A stretch of 64,000 nt of DNA from Geosiphon pyriformis uo1 (GCA_016748015.1 JAAOMT010000495.1:202094-266093), one strand, 5' to 3'. Numbered from the stretch's first letter, positions 24,940 to 39,739 are shown. The notes: a model not told the origin generated them from the letters alone. Made by a program: numbers and translations.

Positions 24940-27900
24940 GGTTGTTTTTAAGAGATCAGTTTTAATATTATTAAACTTATCTATTCAAAGAAATATCAAG
25001 TTAAAAAATGTATCATTATTAATACCAACCAAAAAATCTGAATTATTAAACATATTGACATTATCTATACAGTACTTTTTTTTTAGTAAAATCATTTTTT
25101 TTCTTAACTTATTAACAACTTTGCTAAAAAAAACTCAAATAAACTATAACTTTATTAATCTTAAGACCAAAAATATTATTAAAAACCAAATTACTCTTAA
25201 TAAATTGTTTAAATACAGTAACCAAAAAGCCAACAGACTTAATAATTAATCCAATCAATACAGAAAGTTTGGCCAAATCATATTTCAGAAAAATTAATTA
25301 AAAAAACACTAAAAGATTATTAACAGTTAAAAAAAGAAAAACAGAAATTATTAGAGATAGAAATTTAAAAGAATTCAAAGAAGTAAAAGCTTTGGTATAA
25401 AATTTAACACTTATAAAATATAGTGTAAACACCTTAAAAACTTTGGAACTTTTAAGAAAAAAAAATAAAAAAATTCTATAGTTTACAGCCAAATGGCTTA
25501 TTTTTTGATACTTAAAATAGTACCAATAATTAAAGATTTTTTACCAAATATAGCATTTTTTTAGTGTACTAGTTTTGATTACTGTAATATTCAAATTAGT
25601 TTAAAATCTAAACATAACCAAAACAAGCTGAAAATGACAATTAAAATCAGAAAAACAGAAAATAAAACAAGTCTAATCACTAATTTAAAAGATCATATTA
25701 TTAATTTCAAAGATAATACAGCCAAAAAAAAGATTAACAACTTGGTTTTAAACTATGTTTTACTTGTAAAGAAACCTTATTTAATAAAAAAATGTGGAAT
25801 GACATTTCTGGTTAAAAAAAAACATGTAATGTATTATGTTAATACACAATCCTTATAAGCAATTAAATAAGTCAAGAAATGTCTTTTAATATCATATGGA
25901 ATAAAACACTTTTATGTTTAAATGGTTATTCACATAACAAAGATGAAATTTGGTAAATCACAAGTGCCAAAATCAAAAGCACTTTACTTAGCAAAATACT
26001 CACCATTAAAAACAATCTACCAAAATTTGTTAAGGCTATTTTTATTCCCAATTCAAACACATTTATTGACATCCTAAACAATCTAAAACAATTCTACAAA
26101 CACTACTAAAATCTAGCATTTACTAAAAAAAAACAAAAGCAGTATTTAGAGCAACTAAATACTAAACTTTGTAAACATTGCTTAATTTTCAATAACTTTA
26201 AATATTGTAATAATTATAATCTTATTTACAATCTATTATTACACATAATCTATTTAATCACTAAAAAAGAAAAACCAATCAGTAAATATGCATCAAAATT
26301 AGAATTGAAATTTAATTGTAATTTAAACTTTAATGATAATAACAATAATAGTTTTAATACTATTTATAATAACAATAACAACAATAACAATTCAAATTTT
26401 AATAAAAATTCCAAAAAATAGTCCAATTAGTCTCTAGATCTAGTTTAGTAAAAAAAAGATTAATATCAAAAAAAAAATTAATGCAAAATATATAAGAAAT
26501 ATCATTGCAATACTACAAAATAACTCAGAAAAAAAATACACAATTAAACCAAATAAAAAGATAACACAGACAATATTTTTGTCTCTGATTAAAATAGTTT
26601 AGTTAGTGTTAATAAAAATAAAAAAAGAGCTAAAAATCATGACAAAAAAAATAAATGGATTCAGATCTACAAGTAGAATAAAGATACCAGTTAATATAAT
26701 GGAAAAAAAAACAATTGATAAGAGAAAAATTATCTTTACCAATTAATTCATTTCTATTTTACCATATAATTAGTATATATTAATTATAGAGAAGAAAGTA
26801 AAAGATCAAATCCAGATTTTTGAAGTAAAAGCCACTATTTGTAAGTCAAAAGAGATTGCTATTACCAATCTCTATATACTAGCCAAAAACCACAAACACA
26901 TTAAGATTTTAATATACAATACAACTAAAGATCTCATAAAAATACCAAGTAAAACCACCATTAGATACTTAAGCACTAAAGTTAAAAATCAAGCACCCAC
27001 TATATTTCAGATTTTTTACAACTTTGTAGATATGTGGATATTATATTACAAATCATATACAGATAAAAAAAATACTATTTGTTATAATCAAAACAATTAA
27101 AACAAATAAACTTAAAAAACTTAGACCCATTTTAATATATACAGATTAAACTACTACTTAACAATTTTATTGACATTTTTGTTATTAAAAATAAATTTGG
27201 CAAAACTAATATTATCTAGCATTAGATAAAAACTGAAGATATAATATTAATCAAACAAAAAGCATACAAAATACTATTGGCTAGTTATAAGATCATCTAA
27301 CAAGAAATTAACTAAATATTAGACAATAGATTAATTTAATTATTAATAAGCCCATAAATATTACTATTAATACTTATTCAGAAAAAAAATAAAAAAATTC
27401 ACTTTTGTGTAAATTACAAAAAATTCAATAGTATTACTTATAAAAATAATTATTCAACTTTATGAATCTAGGAGTTATTTGATATTTTTGGAGAGAAAAA
27501 ATGGTTTTCAATATTAGACTTAAATAATGATTATTAACAAATAGCCATGAATTTAGCCAATAAGAAGAAAATAGCATTCACAATCAGAAAAAAAAATTTT
27601 GAATTTGACATTATATCTTTTGACTTAACTAATACTTCAGTTATCTTTCAATAGCTTATGAAAATTGTTTATACTAAACTATTATAAAAATCAGTAATAG
27701 TCTATTTAGATAATACCAATATGTTTTCTAAAACATTTGATAATCATCTATATTATTTCAAAAAGTGTTTAAAAAGTTAAGAAAAGTCAGACTAAAGTTA
27801 AATGCTACTAAGTGTTTTTTTGGAAAAACAGAACTCAAGTTTTTGAGACATGTTATGAACAAAAATAGCATCAAAACAAATTCAGACAAGATTAAAATAA

Positions 27901-30087
27901 TCAAAAACTTTTTAGTACCAACAAATCTTACAGAATTAAAAACATTCTTAAAATTTGCTAAATTATAAAACTTTAGTATTAGAATATTTAGCTATCTATT
28001 GAACTATTATTAAATAAAAAAAATATTTAAGTCAAAAATTTATGATGTATACTAATTACAAAAGATTAACATCAATTCAAAAGCAAAAATTTGAAGCTAA
28101 TTGCTATGCAAAATAAAAAATAAAACAATTACTATTTAATTATATTATATATTATAAAAAAAAAAATGCTGAAAACTTGTTATAAATAAAACAAATTTAA
28201 ATATTTTAATCCAAAAATATAACAAAAAATAAATACACAAAAATATTAACAACTCTAATATTAGATTAATACTTAACAATTAAAAAAAATATATCTTAAA
28301 AAAAACAAAACAACATAAAACAACAATTAAAATACTTTATTATTTATCAAGATATACTATATTAAAAAAACAAAAAATATCCAAATCAACCAGTCAAAAT
28401 AATCACAAAACCAGAAAAAAAAACAATACTGTTCAATATGTATTTAAATTCAATAACAAAACATTTTTATAAAGAAGCAATTATAAAAAAAACTAGAAAA
28501 AAATACTATTAACTATTTATGTATTTAGATATTATTTAATATATTTAAAATTGTAATGCTTATCAAAAAAAAAAGGAATAAAATCCAATAAACCACTAAA
28601 ACCAATTAAAATAAGACAACCATTTGATCAAATTAGAATTGATTTAATTAGACTATTAATAATAACCAACAGAGACAATCAATATATAGTAGTAGCCATA
28701 GATTATTTCACAAAATAGCCAGAAGCAAAAGCAATTTAAAGAGCAGATACAAAATTTATAGAATTCATTTACCAAAATTTGATTTGCCAACATAAATATT
28801 CAAAAAAATTGTTATCAAATTAAGAAACTCATTTTGTAAACAGAATATTGCCAAAATTAAGTTAAAAATTTAGAATTAAGAGACTATTATTATCATTATA
28901 TTATTTATAAACAAATGGCTTAATTGAAAAATTTAACAAAATATTGTGTAAAGTAATAGCTAAGATTAGTCAAAAAAACCAGAATAAATAAAATTTGTTT
29001 ATATTATCAGTATTATTTGTTTATTAAACAATAAAGCAAAATACTACACAAGTAATATTATTTAAACTTGTCTATAATAAAATAGCAACATTATTAATTG
29101 AGATAAATATCAATACATATTTAATTGAACCAATAACAGAAGCCAACTTTTAAAGAACATTACTAAAAAAACATATGACTTAATAGAAATATTAAAAAAC
29201 AAAAGGTAAAAAGCAGTTAATAATATCTAAAAGTTACAAGCAAAACAAAAAAAACAACATAATAACCAATTATCAAATAAACCACTCAAATTCAGAATTA
29301 AAGACAAAATACTCTTATATTATATTAAAGCAAAAAAACAATAGAATAGAAAATTTGATCCCAAATAAGATAAATCATTTTATATTAAAGAAATTCTAGA
29401 AAATGAAGCTTATAAATTAAGATGAAACAATAAAATTTTAGCTAAAACAGTATATAAAAATCAACTAAAATTATATTACAATATAGTATTATTATCTATT
29501 AGTAATATTCTATAACTAAAGGTGCAATAAATACTAATCTAATCAAATAAGATTTCACAAAATCTAGAACCAATTATTATTATTAACACAAATACATTAA
29601 ATTAATCTACAAAAACAATATATAAAGAACCAACATATATAATAAAAGCAAATGGAAAAATAGAAATTATTAACAATATTTACTTATTAATCCAACAAAT
29701 ATTTTAATTAATTAAATATTAAAAACTAAACATAGAAATTACAATTAATTAACAAATTATTCAATATAAAGACACAGAAAAAAAACAGAAACTCCAATAT
29801 AAAATATAATATAAAGTACATAAAAGACATAAAAATATAGTAAAAGATATAATAGCAAAAGTAAAAATATCTATAGAAACACCAAAAACAATAGTATTAT
29901 ATAAAGAATTAATAAAAAAAATTAAAAATAGTAAACACAACAATTTCCAAAAAACTTTTGCTATTATTACTTAAGACAAAAAATCTATATCTAAAACTTA
30001 TATATAAACAAAACAAAATAGATATTTAATACAACAATATTACAATAACTTAAACAATTTATGAGAAAAAACAATTTATTTACACAG
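24940..30087 (+). mobile_element. Copy B1, heavily AT-eroded gypsy relic (Cys-rich, partial dUTPase, RT, partial RH, IN, ORF3 start)
   Basis: From ~25750 collinear with B3 (43680-48555), almost entirely via G>A and C>T changes; deletions near 26418 and 27967; homology of 24940-25750 is uncertain. Confidence 0.8.
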
Positions 30088-33000
30088 TATTATTCATAAA
30101 ATATAGAAAGTATATTAGCATATAAATTAGCCAATCAAAAGTAAGCACAATAGATATGGAATTCCAGGATTCCTCTTAGAGGAATTGCAGGATTCCAGGA
30201 ATTTCAGAATTCTTATACAAAAAATTGCAGAATTTCAGAATTTCAGAATTTCAGGATTCCTCTCAAAAAGAATTACAGAATTCCAAGAATTCCAGGATTC
30301 CTGGTGTAAGAAATCAAGGAATTAAAAAATCTCAATTATGTATATATAGTGGTAGTATTAAAAATAGAAAAGACAGACTTCTCAGTTTAGATTTGATCTA
30401 AGCAATCTTCTATATCACAAATATTAATAAATAATTATTCACTATTTCAATCCACTTTTCACTATTAACACTTCATGTTAATAGTAAGTCATACTTAATC
30501 ACACTGAAACTAAAGCTCTTGATCATGACTATTGATGGAATACTAACTTGCAAAATTGTCTTGATTTTCTTTGTTTCTTTATTTTTTTTGTTATTTTTTT
30601 TGTTGTTTACTAAAATTGATTAAGGATTAAACACTGAATTATTGACATTAAGGATTGCTTGGTAAAAGACCTCTGCAAGTAGGTATAGCACGTAAAAGAA
30701 TTACAGATTACTTACCAGAGGATTGCCAGCCACCAAGCCAAGAAAAAAATTGATGGAATTGTAATTCCAGGAGGCTATTAAAAACAACTATTGAATCTCT
30801 GTTCATTATATAAAGGACTCAACCAAAATTTTTAGATCTATAACCACCTTCAGAAATCAACATTATTAATCAATTGAGCACCAAGTTATGGATTTGTTAT
30901 TTGCTTTGAGACCCCAAATAATCATCTGTAACATTTGGTGCTCTCTGTAAGGTATAATTCTACAGAGATCCAGCACCAACAACAATTATCCAAAAGTGGC
31001 AGAATCAGAAATTATAGAAACCAACCATCTAAGATTTGCCAAATTTCTGTTTTAACAGTACAGCTAACAGCTAGGATTAAACAATAACTATTTTCCAGCA
31101 GAATCAGTCTTCAACTTTTACGTCAATAATAAAATTACAAACTGCTTAGGAGAAACAGTTAACATTAAATCTACAAGAAAAAATTTCTATACAGAGTTAT
31201 TTCAACATACCAGTTTACCAAAAAACTACAGTTTTACACCAATCATTAGAGAAATCAATCAAATAATTAAAAGGTACATCCACAACAATTTCCCATCACC
31301 TATGCAGACAAAGGCAAAAGAAGATTGCAAACACCAGCAGTAACACCCAAAAAGATATAATCACCCATTTGGAAGAAAACCAGAGTTGAATTATTCACTA
31401 ATTCATCATACCATTATACACCAGGAAGTACTATTAATATCTCCTCAACAGATGTGTTTCTATCAAATGTGACATTAACTTTTAGACAATTCTTATTTCA
31501 AAGTAAACAAAAAAGAACAGAACTATTAAGACCATATGGTAAATACTTTGAAGAATTTAAATTGTGATTACCAACACCATCAGGATTTTGATCACCATTA
31601 CATTAACCAAATTTTAAAACTGCAAGTTCATGGGAAGTGACAGAATCAGAAGAAGAGAAAGAAAAAGAAAGTGAAGATCAGAAATTTACTTACCAAAACC
31701 TGATCCTGAAAAATCCAGAAGTTAAAACTCCAAATATTCAAATCCAGCAAACTCAAAACAATACCAACTCTGAAATAATTAATCAGCAAAACTTATCTTC
31801 AGTAATTGTCATCAATCAGCCACCAATTGAACCAATCATTGAATCAATTCAACAACAGCCACTTTAGCAACTTATTCAACAACTGCTTTAACTACTTTAA
31901 CAATCTCAACAGCTGTTTCAACAACCACAACAACAACAACAAATGGCATACGCACTAATTGCAAAGCTAGAAAATTTTTTTGGTAAAGAAAACAACATTC
32001 AAATGTGGATTAATGACATCACCAAAGCCATTACTGCCAATAACTGGAATGATGCCAGAGCCCTCCAAGCAATTCCCTATTTTCTTTAGAATATCACTAA
32101 CTCATGGTATCATAGCCTAGCTCAGAAACCTCAAACATTTGATGCATTTAAATTAGAATTTTTAAGATATTTTAATAATAGCAACAGTATTAATTGCTTG
32201 GCCAACATCTTCACTACCATTAAACAAAGAGATACTGAAACAGTCACCACTTATTTAAAACATTTCTATTGAAATCTGCATCAAATACAAGCCATGAACA
32301 CTGATTGCTTCACCACAGCCCAGATTCTGAATCAATTTATTTGTGGATTATGCAGTAGCATTCTCCAACACATATGTTCAATGCATCTAGTAGATCTTTA
32401 AACCACAGTTACACACACCAGAGATTTTGAATCAGCTGAATTAGAAGTTAACCACACCCAAGCCATAAATCTAGTAATAAATAGATCATCTGACTAGAAT
32501 TCCAAACTAAAGCAATTCAGTAATTCAATCAATCAGAAAATTAAGGGATACTTAGCTGACAATCATGCAATTTATCAACCACCACAATAATGCAATAATT
32601 CAGAAAACCTGAATCATTTTTAAAATTAGTCATGTCTATTATTATTATCTAATCAGCAGTAGCAGTTAGATACATGAATCTGCCACAACTGTAATAAACA
32701 AGATCACATTAGAGCTAACTGTTATTTTTATAGTAATTCACAATCAGGAAATTAATACCAAAACCCTGATCATAGAATTCAAACTCTGAATTATTACTTA
32801 AATTAAGACCAATATTAAACCACTTACCTATCAATGATGCAACAGCTACTATATTAACCATCTGTATATTAACCTCCAGTTTATTAACTGCAGTCACAAG
32901 TAATCTATTAACCACTGCAGTCACAAACAATTTATCAAACACCTGTAGTTCAACCACTGCCATCAAACCCAGTTCAAGTGACATCAGGAAACCTTAGATC

Positions 33001-34015
33001 AAGAGTCACTCAAAATTGGAGATTGGTGATGGTTGTTTACCAACTGATCCTCAGCTCTTCCACACAACAATTAGGATTACAGTCTCAGAATTCAGGAACC
33101 AAGTATGCACAAAACCCAAATTTCCAACACTATTTAAGTCTTCTGATTACCTCAGAAGACACTCAACCTAATAATCCAGCATCCAATTAACAACCAATAC
33201 TTACCAGCAATATTCCACCAGCTACCATTACCAAAAACAAATCATTGGACACCATCTTTTTATTTGAACTCAAGAAACTGTCAACCACACTGTTGTTTAA
33301 TGGAGCCATTCTGGAAGAAAAACCTATCACCACCATGTACACTGATGCCAAAGTCGATGGCTACTTCATTAAACTGATCCTAGACAGTAAATCAACTGGC
33401 AGCATCATCACAAAACAACTTATGGACCAATTAGGTCACCGAGTTGATCAAGCTGTCAGTGCATAAATCATCACTGCTGATGGAGCAACCAAAACTCCTA
33501 TTGGTAAAATTAATGACTTCTCTTTTGAAGTCAATGACATCATCACTTCTATCAAAGTCCTAGTGATGGAAGCAACTCAATATTAGACATTAGTGGGAAA
33601 CAACTGGTTATCTAAAACCAGCGCCATACTCAACTGGATAACACAGGAGCTCCAACTTAGCCAAAACAGCCAACACACACAAGTACCAGCCACATATGGT
33701 CACTTTAAAACCAACAACTTACCAATACCACTTATTGATTTCGAGGAAGAAAAAAAGAAACCAACTTGGGAAGCATATTAAATCTCATGGGCTGATAATG
33801 ACCATAATAAACTGCCACCCATATTTTCTTGAGATGACAACAGAAAAGGAAAACAACAAGAAAAACGTACCTGAAATACTGACCAAACATGGGGAACTGA
33901 CAATAACCAGGATGAACTGTTAACTTGGAAATGGGAGGAAGATAATAAGAGAAAGGAAAAAGAAAAAGAAAAAAAAACATATCCGAAGAAGCCACAAACA
34001 CCAAAGAAATAAACA
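30088..34015 (+). mobile_element. Copy B2, 5' half: LTR 30088-30933, PBS, gag, protease; inserted in ORF3 of B1
   Basis: TATTATTCATA...TGTAACA TTTGGTGCTCTCTGT; GTG at 30996, ATG at 31943; knuckle ~32680; KLILDSKSTGS. Confidence 0.9.
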
Positions 34016-37000
34016 AAAAGCAATCATGGCTATGTATACTGAAACAGAAGTCAAAGGAAAGGCAATTCACTTGATCCTAAACAGTGGATCTGCCGGAAGC
34101 ATTATTATCTACCAGTTAATGCAACAGTTAAAGAGAAATGTCAACCGACCAGCTCAAACAGTAATTGTTACTGCTGATGACATGAAAAAGACTCCAATAG
34201 GAGAAATTGACAATTTTCTGTTCACTCTTAATGGAATTACTATTCCAGTCAAAGTTCTTGTAATGAATGCGCCCCAGTATCAAGCCCTTGTCAAAAATGA
34301 TTGGCTCCAAAAAGCCAATGTAAAATTAGACTGAAAAACCTAAGAATTACAACTCTTCTATTAAGGACAACATACCCGAGTACTCACTACTTGTGGTACA
34401 TTCAACAAATGCTCTGAAAAAGCCCCAGCTATTGAATTCGAACCAGAAAAAGAAAAACCAATAATCAAAATGTTTATGGCTCTTGGATCAATGTCCAATT
34501 GGGCTGACAAAACTGAACAAGAACACTTTACACCACACTCTAAACCCGAAACTCCTGGATGGAATATCCCTTACTCAAAGCCTAAACCAAGGAAACAATG
34601 CTCCTACATTCTCCTTAAATGTAAGGACTGCCACAAAAAACTATCGTCAATGGGAGCCTGCATTTCACCTAAAAAAAAATATGAAAATCATACTTGTTAC
34701 TACTGCAAGGCTTGCCACAGAGAATAATGGGGCCATCTAATAAAAAGAAGTAGAAAATGGAACAACACTTCTTGTTTGACTTGTGGAGATATGCTACCAG
34801 AAAAATGCAATTAGATTAATGTAGCAATAAGAGGAGGAGTCGGTGATCAAATCTGCCAATATGCTTTATCAATTTCAGAAAAGTCAAAGGAGGGACACCC
34901 TTTGATGCAGCATACAACAATACTCTCAACAAACTGTACCATTACCCTCATGATGCCGAAATGATTTTTGACCTAGCAATGGCTTTAATCAATAGAGCCA
35001 CTCAAGAAAATGTTTGTCAAATGAAAGAATCAGAATACATTGCATACACCTTTGAAATTGTTGGATACAACTATGAAAATGAAGTAGAAGTATATCACCA
35101 AATTGCCAGTTACACTTATCTGATCAAAGAAGCTCAAGCTCAATGGCTAGAGCAAATAAATGTTAAATTGTGTGAAGAATGCATAATGCCCTGCGATGAG
35201 CAATAGTGCCCTGAATGCTATGCTTTTAGCATTCTCCTGCCCAGTAAAAACAATGAAAACAAAATTGAATTTGGAGAACCTGAAGCAACAGAAGAAATTG
35301 AAACAACACCCATCTATCTTATCAAAAGTCAGCCTGCCTTACAACTCAAATACTTTAACAACAATGAACAAGGAATAAAACTTGAAAAAGCACATGAAAT
35401 TGATGCTGAATATGATCTAAGATATCCAGACAAGAATACTCTTGTTCTCAAACCCAAATCTCTCACAAAAATCAACCTCAAAATTGCACTCGAAATCCCA
35501 CCAGGAGTAATGATTCAAATTGTCTCCCGGTTCTTTTTGGCAAGCAAAGAAATCAATGTCAGAGGAGGAATAATTGATGCTGGATATACTGGAGACATTA
35601 CAGTAATGCTTCAAAATGAAATTGACAAATCATTCAAGATTGACCATGTTGAAAAAATTGTCCAAGCTATTTATCTACCCCTAATCAACATTTTAGGTTT
35701 GCAACTAGTCAATCAAAGAGAACAATTAGGAAAAAGCGATAGAGAAACCCAAGGTTTTGGTTCAACTGGATGATTCACAGTTCCAGTTAATATAGCTCTT
35801 AAAACACAGAATAAATCCCACCAGGTTCTCTGACTTCCACAACCAATTACCATTTCACTCTTTGAAGAACATCTGAAAATTTACATCTGCCCAAAGCCAA
35901 CAACCACATAACAAATTTTTGAGTCCAATAAACAAGTCTGCTTGAAACATAATATTTTGATCCTAAACATTTATATTCCAGAAGAAACAAAAAAAGTCTG
36001 AGTTACTTTTTACAATTCCAACAATTACCCCATAGTTCTATTAAATAACTTAGAAATTGAAGTCATTTACAGTAATATCTTTCAACAAGAACTACCCCAG
36101 ACAGTCCCCAATTTTTTGGAAATCATTGGACATTCACTACCAAAAATCAACCCAAACCCTAGCTCTGAAAACTACCATGTTGTCATAGAAAAACTATCTT
36201 GAATCAACATGAGACAACTTAAATCACAACAATGGAGCCAGCTCAAAGAGCTAATTGTAGAATTTGCCAATATTTTTGCTGAAAACAACAATGACTTAGG
36301 AAGAACCAATTTGGTTCAACACCAAATTTATACAGGAGATGCCAAACCAAAAAGACAACAAGCATATCGAGTTGCTCCAAAAAGCCACCAATTCATCTGA
36401 GAAAAAATACAATGAATGCTTAACAACGGGCTCATCCAACCCTCCATGAGTCCTTGGACTTCACCTGTAGTGTTAGTTAAAAAGAAAAATGGGAAGATAC
36501 AATTTTGTGTTAATTATTGACAATTCAATAGTGTTACAATTGGAGATGCCTACCCTTTTCTCTGAATTGATAACATGTTAGATGTCCTTGAAAAATCCAA
36601 ATACTTTTCAACACTAGATTTAAAAAGTGGTTACTGGCAAGTTGTTATAGATCCCAAAGATCGCCCCAAAACAGCATTTACCATCCAAGGCAGAAATTAT
36701 GAGTTCAATGTAATGCCTTTTAAATTATACAATGCACTAGTAACATTTCAGAGATTAATAGATGTTGTGTACCAAGGATTTCTTTGGAAGTCAGTAGTCA
36801 TTTATCTTGACGATACTGATGTTTATTCTCCATTGTTTGAATTACACTTAAAACACCTGTAAGAAGTTTTCAATAATTACAAAAAGCAGGACTAAAACTC
36901 AACATCGAAAAATGCTACTTTGGAAAAACAAGCTTGGCCTTCTTTGGTTATATTGTTAGTAAAAATGGAATCAAACTGGACTCTGAAAAAATCAGCATTG

Positions 37001-37751
37001 TCAAAAACTTCAAAACTCCTCAAAACACTACAGAACTAAAAGGATTTATAGGGTTAGCCTTCTACTATCAGAAGTTTATCAAAGGATTCTCAGAAATTGC
37101 AAAACCTCTCAAACAGCTTACCACCAAAAACATCAAATATGAATGGACTGCTGAATGCCAAAATGCATTTGAAATTCTCAAAGAAAAACTAACAACAGCT
37201 CCAATTCTCGCCTACCCAAATTTCAGCAACCAATTCTAATTAGCAACAGATGCCTCTTATACTGCCTTTGGTGCTATTCTATCACAACTGGATGACAATA
37301 GAAATGAGTAAGTAATTACCTATGCTAGCAGAACATTAAAACCAGCTGAGAAAAATTATCTTGCCACTGAATTAGAAACAGCAGCTGTAATTTGGGCCCT
37401 ACATCATTTCAATCTTTATCTTCAGCCAAAGGAATTTGATATTATCACTGATAATATTGGACTCAAATGGCTTCAGAACAAAAATACTCAGCTAAATACA
37501 AAACAAACCCGATAGACAGAATTTCTAGCAAACTATTTATACATAGTACATCATAAACCAGGAAAACTCCATACCAATGTTGACTGTCTCTCCAGAATGA
37601 GACAAGATTAGAAAAAAAAAACCAACACCCAACTTAACCAACCAAAACAGCCAACAAACAATGAATTCAGAAAACTACAACAATTTTAAACAATATTTGG
37701 AAACATTAACAATCCCAACAGATTGGTCTCCAGATGAAAAATATTGACTGC
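34008..37751 (+). mobile_element. Displaced internal segment of copy A3 (PR to start of integrase)
   Basis: A1/A3-subfamily sequence with no LTR; ends where the A3 integrase resumes at 41131. Confidence 0.85.
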
Positions 37752-38069
37752 CCAAGCTGTTAATTTAATAATAAATGGATCATCTGAATTGGATTCTAAA
37801 TTGGAGAAATTCAGTGAAACAATTCATCAGAAGATAGAGGGATACTTAGCTAACAACAATTAGGCAATTTATCAAACACCACAATGATGCAATAATCAAA
37901 GAAACTCTAATTGCTTCCAGAATTAACCACATCCATCTTTATTGACCAATCAACAGTGGCAACAAGAAATGCATATTTGCCACTATTGTGGTAAACAAGA
38001 ACATATCCAAATTAACTGCTGCCAGTGTTTAAATAACTACTAATTAGGAAATCAATATCAAAACTCCAA
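37749..38069 (+). mobile_element. Copy B3 gag middle segment with zinc knuckle
   Basis: AQAVNL..NGSSELDSK...CHYCGKQEHIQINC; continues in frame at 42221 once A3 is removed. Confidence 0.85.
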
Positions 38070-39019
38070 TGTTACCGGAGGTTTTTGGTCTCTTTTCTTG
38101 AATATTGTAAATGTCTGTTGGTTGCAAATTCACGTTTTTTTAGAAGTAGTTAAACCTCCAATAACTGAATTTATCTTCAATTTATCTTCTATAATTTGAA
38201 CTGCTGGGCTTATAATTGGAATGGCTAATTCCTTACCAGTTACTTTATATAGTTACGTTGTAGTAAATGTCAACTCTTTCCCAAAAATTGCTCATCTGGA
38301 AGCTCACTAAAAATATGTAGTTACTTTGCTGTAAAAGTCAACTCTTCTACAGGAATCTTGTCTGTAGGCTACCCTAATGATTGTAATAAAAAAAGAAAAG
38401 AAAAATAAAAGAAATATAAAAGAAATAGAATTCTGTCAAGGGAAACGTTTTCTATCCAGGTCTGGAGTCACTAACAGTTTATTGAAATTGGTAGCTAATC
38501 AATTTCAAAATGTTAGTTGGGTTTTGGGGATTTTCCAAGTACAATAATTAAAGAATTTGGTTTTTTGAATTATTTGATATTTATTTCTTTTTGTGTATAT
38601 AGAAAATGGTTCTAAGTAATAAATCTAAGGTAAGATATATTTTCTCGAAAAGAGAAGCTCTTTTTTTATACAACTTGTCATAACACTATTCTATAAACTT
38701 GAACTTTGCTATTTTCTATAATTTCGCTGAACTAAAGATACATTTTGGTGAACTACAAGTTATTTCTGTGAACTATTAGATATTTTGGCAAACTATTAAT
38801 TATTTTGGCAAATTTTTTACAAATTTTAGCAAACTTTTTGAATGTTACATAGTTCAGGGTATTGCATGATTGATCATCACAATTAGGTTACATTTGTGTT
38901 ATGTACAAATTGGATTATTAATTAAATAATAATTTCGGATATTTTGCTAATGTAATAAGTAATAATTTGAACGATAATATATGCTAATTAATAATAAGAT
39001 TTATAAGGGTAATTTCATG

Positions 39020-39739
39020 TTAAACAATATCTTTAATTTCGTCTGGTAACATAACTTTCTCCTCAAGACTGAGCTCCATCGAAATCCAAGTACTGTCTGT
39101 AATTTCCAGATAATAATCCAAAATTATTGAAGAAATTTGGTCTGAAAATTGTTGAAATTTCAGTTCTGTGAGCTTCCCAATGTATTGAATCTTCAAAGAT
39201 TGTAAAATTGGGTTTTGTAGGACGTTTTCACAAGTGTGGAATAGGTCATAAAGTCTAAGAGCAGCTCTTAGTTTATAACGACTGTTTGTAGGCCCAGCTG
39301 TTGTCTTGAATTCATTGTGGAGTTGTTTCCAAATAGCTTCTTTTGTGAAATTTGCTGCTGTAAGCTCTAGTTTTCGCTCATGAAGTGTTTTTCCAATATA
39401 AAAATATCTATATATTGGAGGGTATTTGCCATTTTCTTCATTAAGACACAGTTGAAGTTTTTGTTGAATAGTAGCATTTGGTGGAATACTAATAGGAGTG
39501 AGCAATAAGTTTTCTCTTAAAGCAAGCTTCAAAAGTTCTGGTAAATGAATTCCAGAATAACTTCTTGTGTTTTTTCTATAAGGGTAATACTTTTGTGAAT
39601 TTGGGACTAAATTTGTAACTATTTCTGTTTGGGTATAATTAATATGTTTTCCAGTGATAGTAATGGATAATTCAGGTATTGTTTTTAAAGCTAACATTAA
39701 TTTTTGAGATAACTGTTGAATATTTTGAGGGATAGTCAT
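39020..39739 (-). CDS. A3 ORF3, open ~239-aa protein of unknown function in the env position
   Basis: Uninterrupted frame from ATG 39739 through the PPT into the LTR; homologues in A2, B3 and B1; no obvious hydrophobic transmembrane segment. Confidence 0.75.
   Translation of the reverse strand: MTIPQNIQQLSQKLMLALKTIPELSITITGKHINYTQTEIVTNLVPNSQKYYPYRKNTRSYSGIHLPELLKLALRENLLLTPISIPPNATIQQKLQLCLNEENGKYPPIYRYFYIGKTLHERKLELTAANFTKEAIWKQLHNEFKTTAGPTNSRYKLRAALRLYDLFHTCENVLQNPILQSLKIQYIGKLTELKFQQFSDQISSIILDYYLEITDSTWISMELSLEEKVMLPDEIKDIV

Noticed and set aside
30088-30933. LTR shared by a tandem B1-B2 pair
   Set aside because: No PPT upstream; the LTR interrupts B1 ORF3 mid-sequence, so B2 is a nested insertion
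39020-39739. ORF3 as an env gene
   Set aside because: Short, with no signal peptide, fusion peptide or transmembrane segment visible
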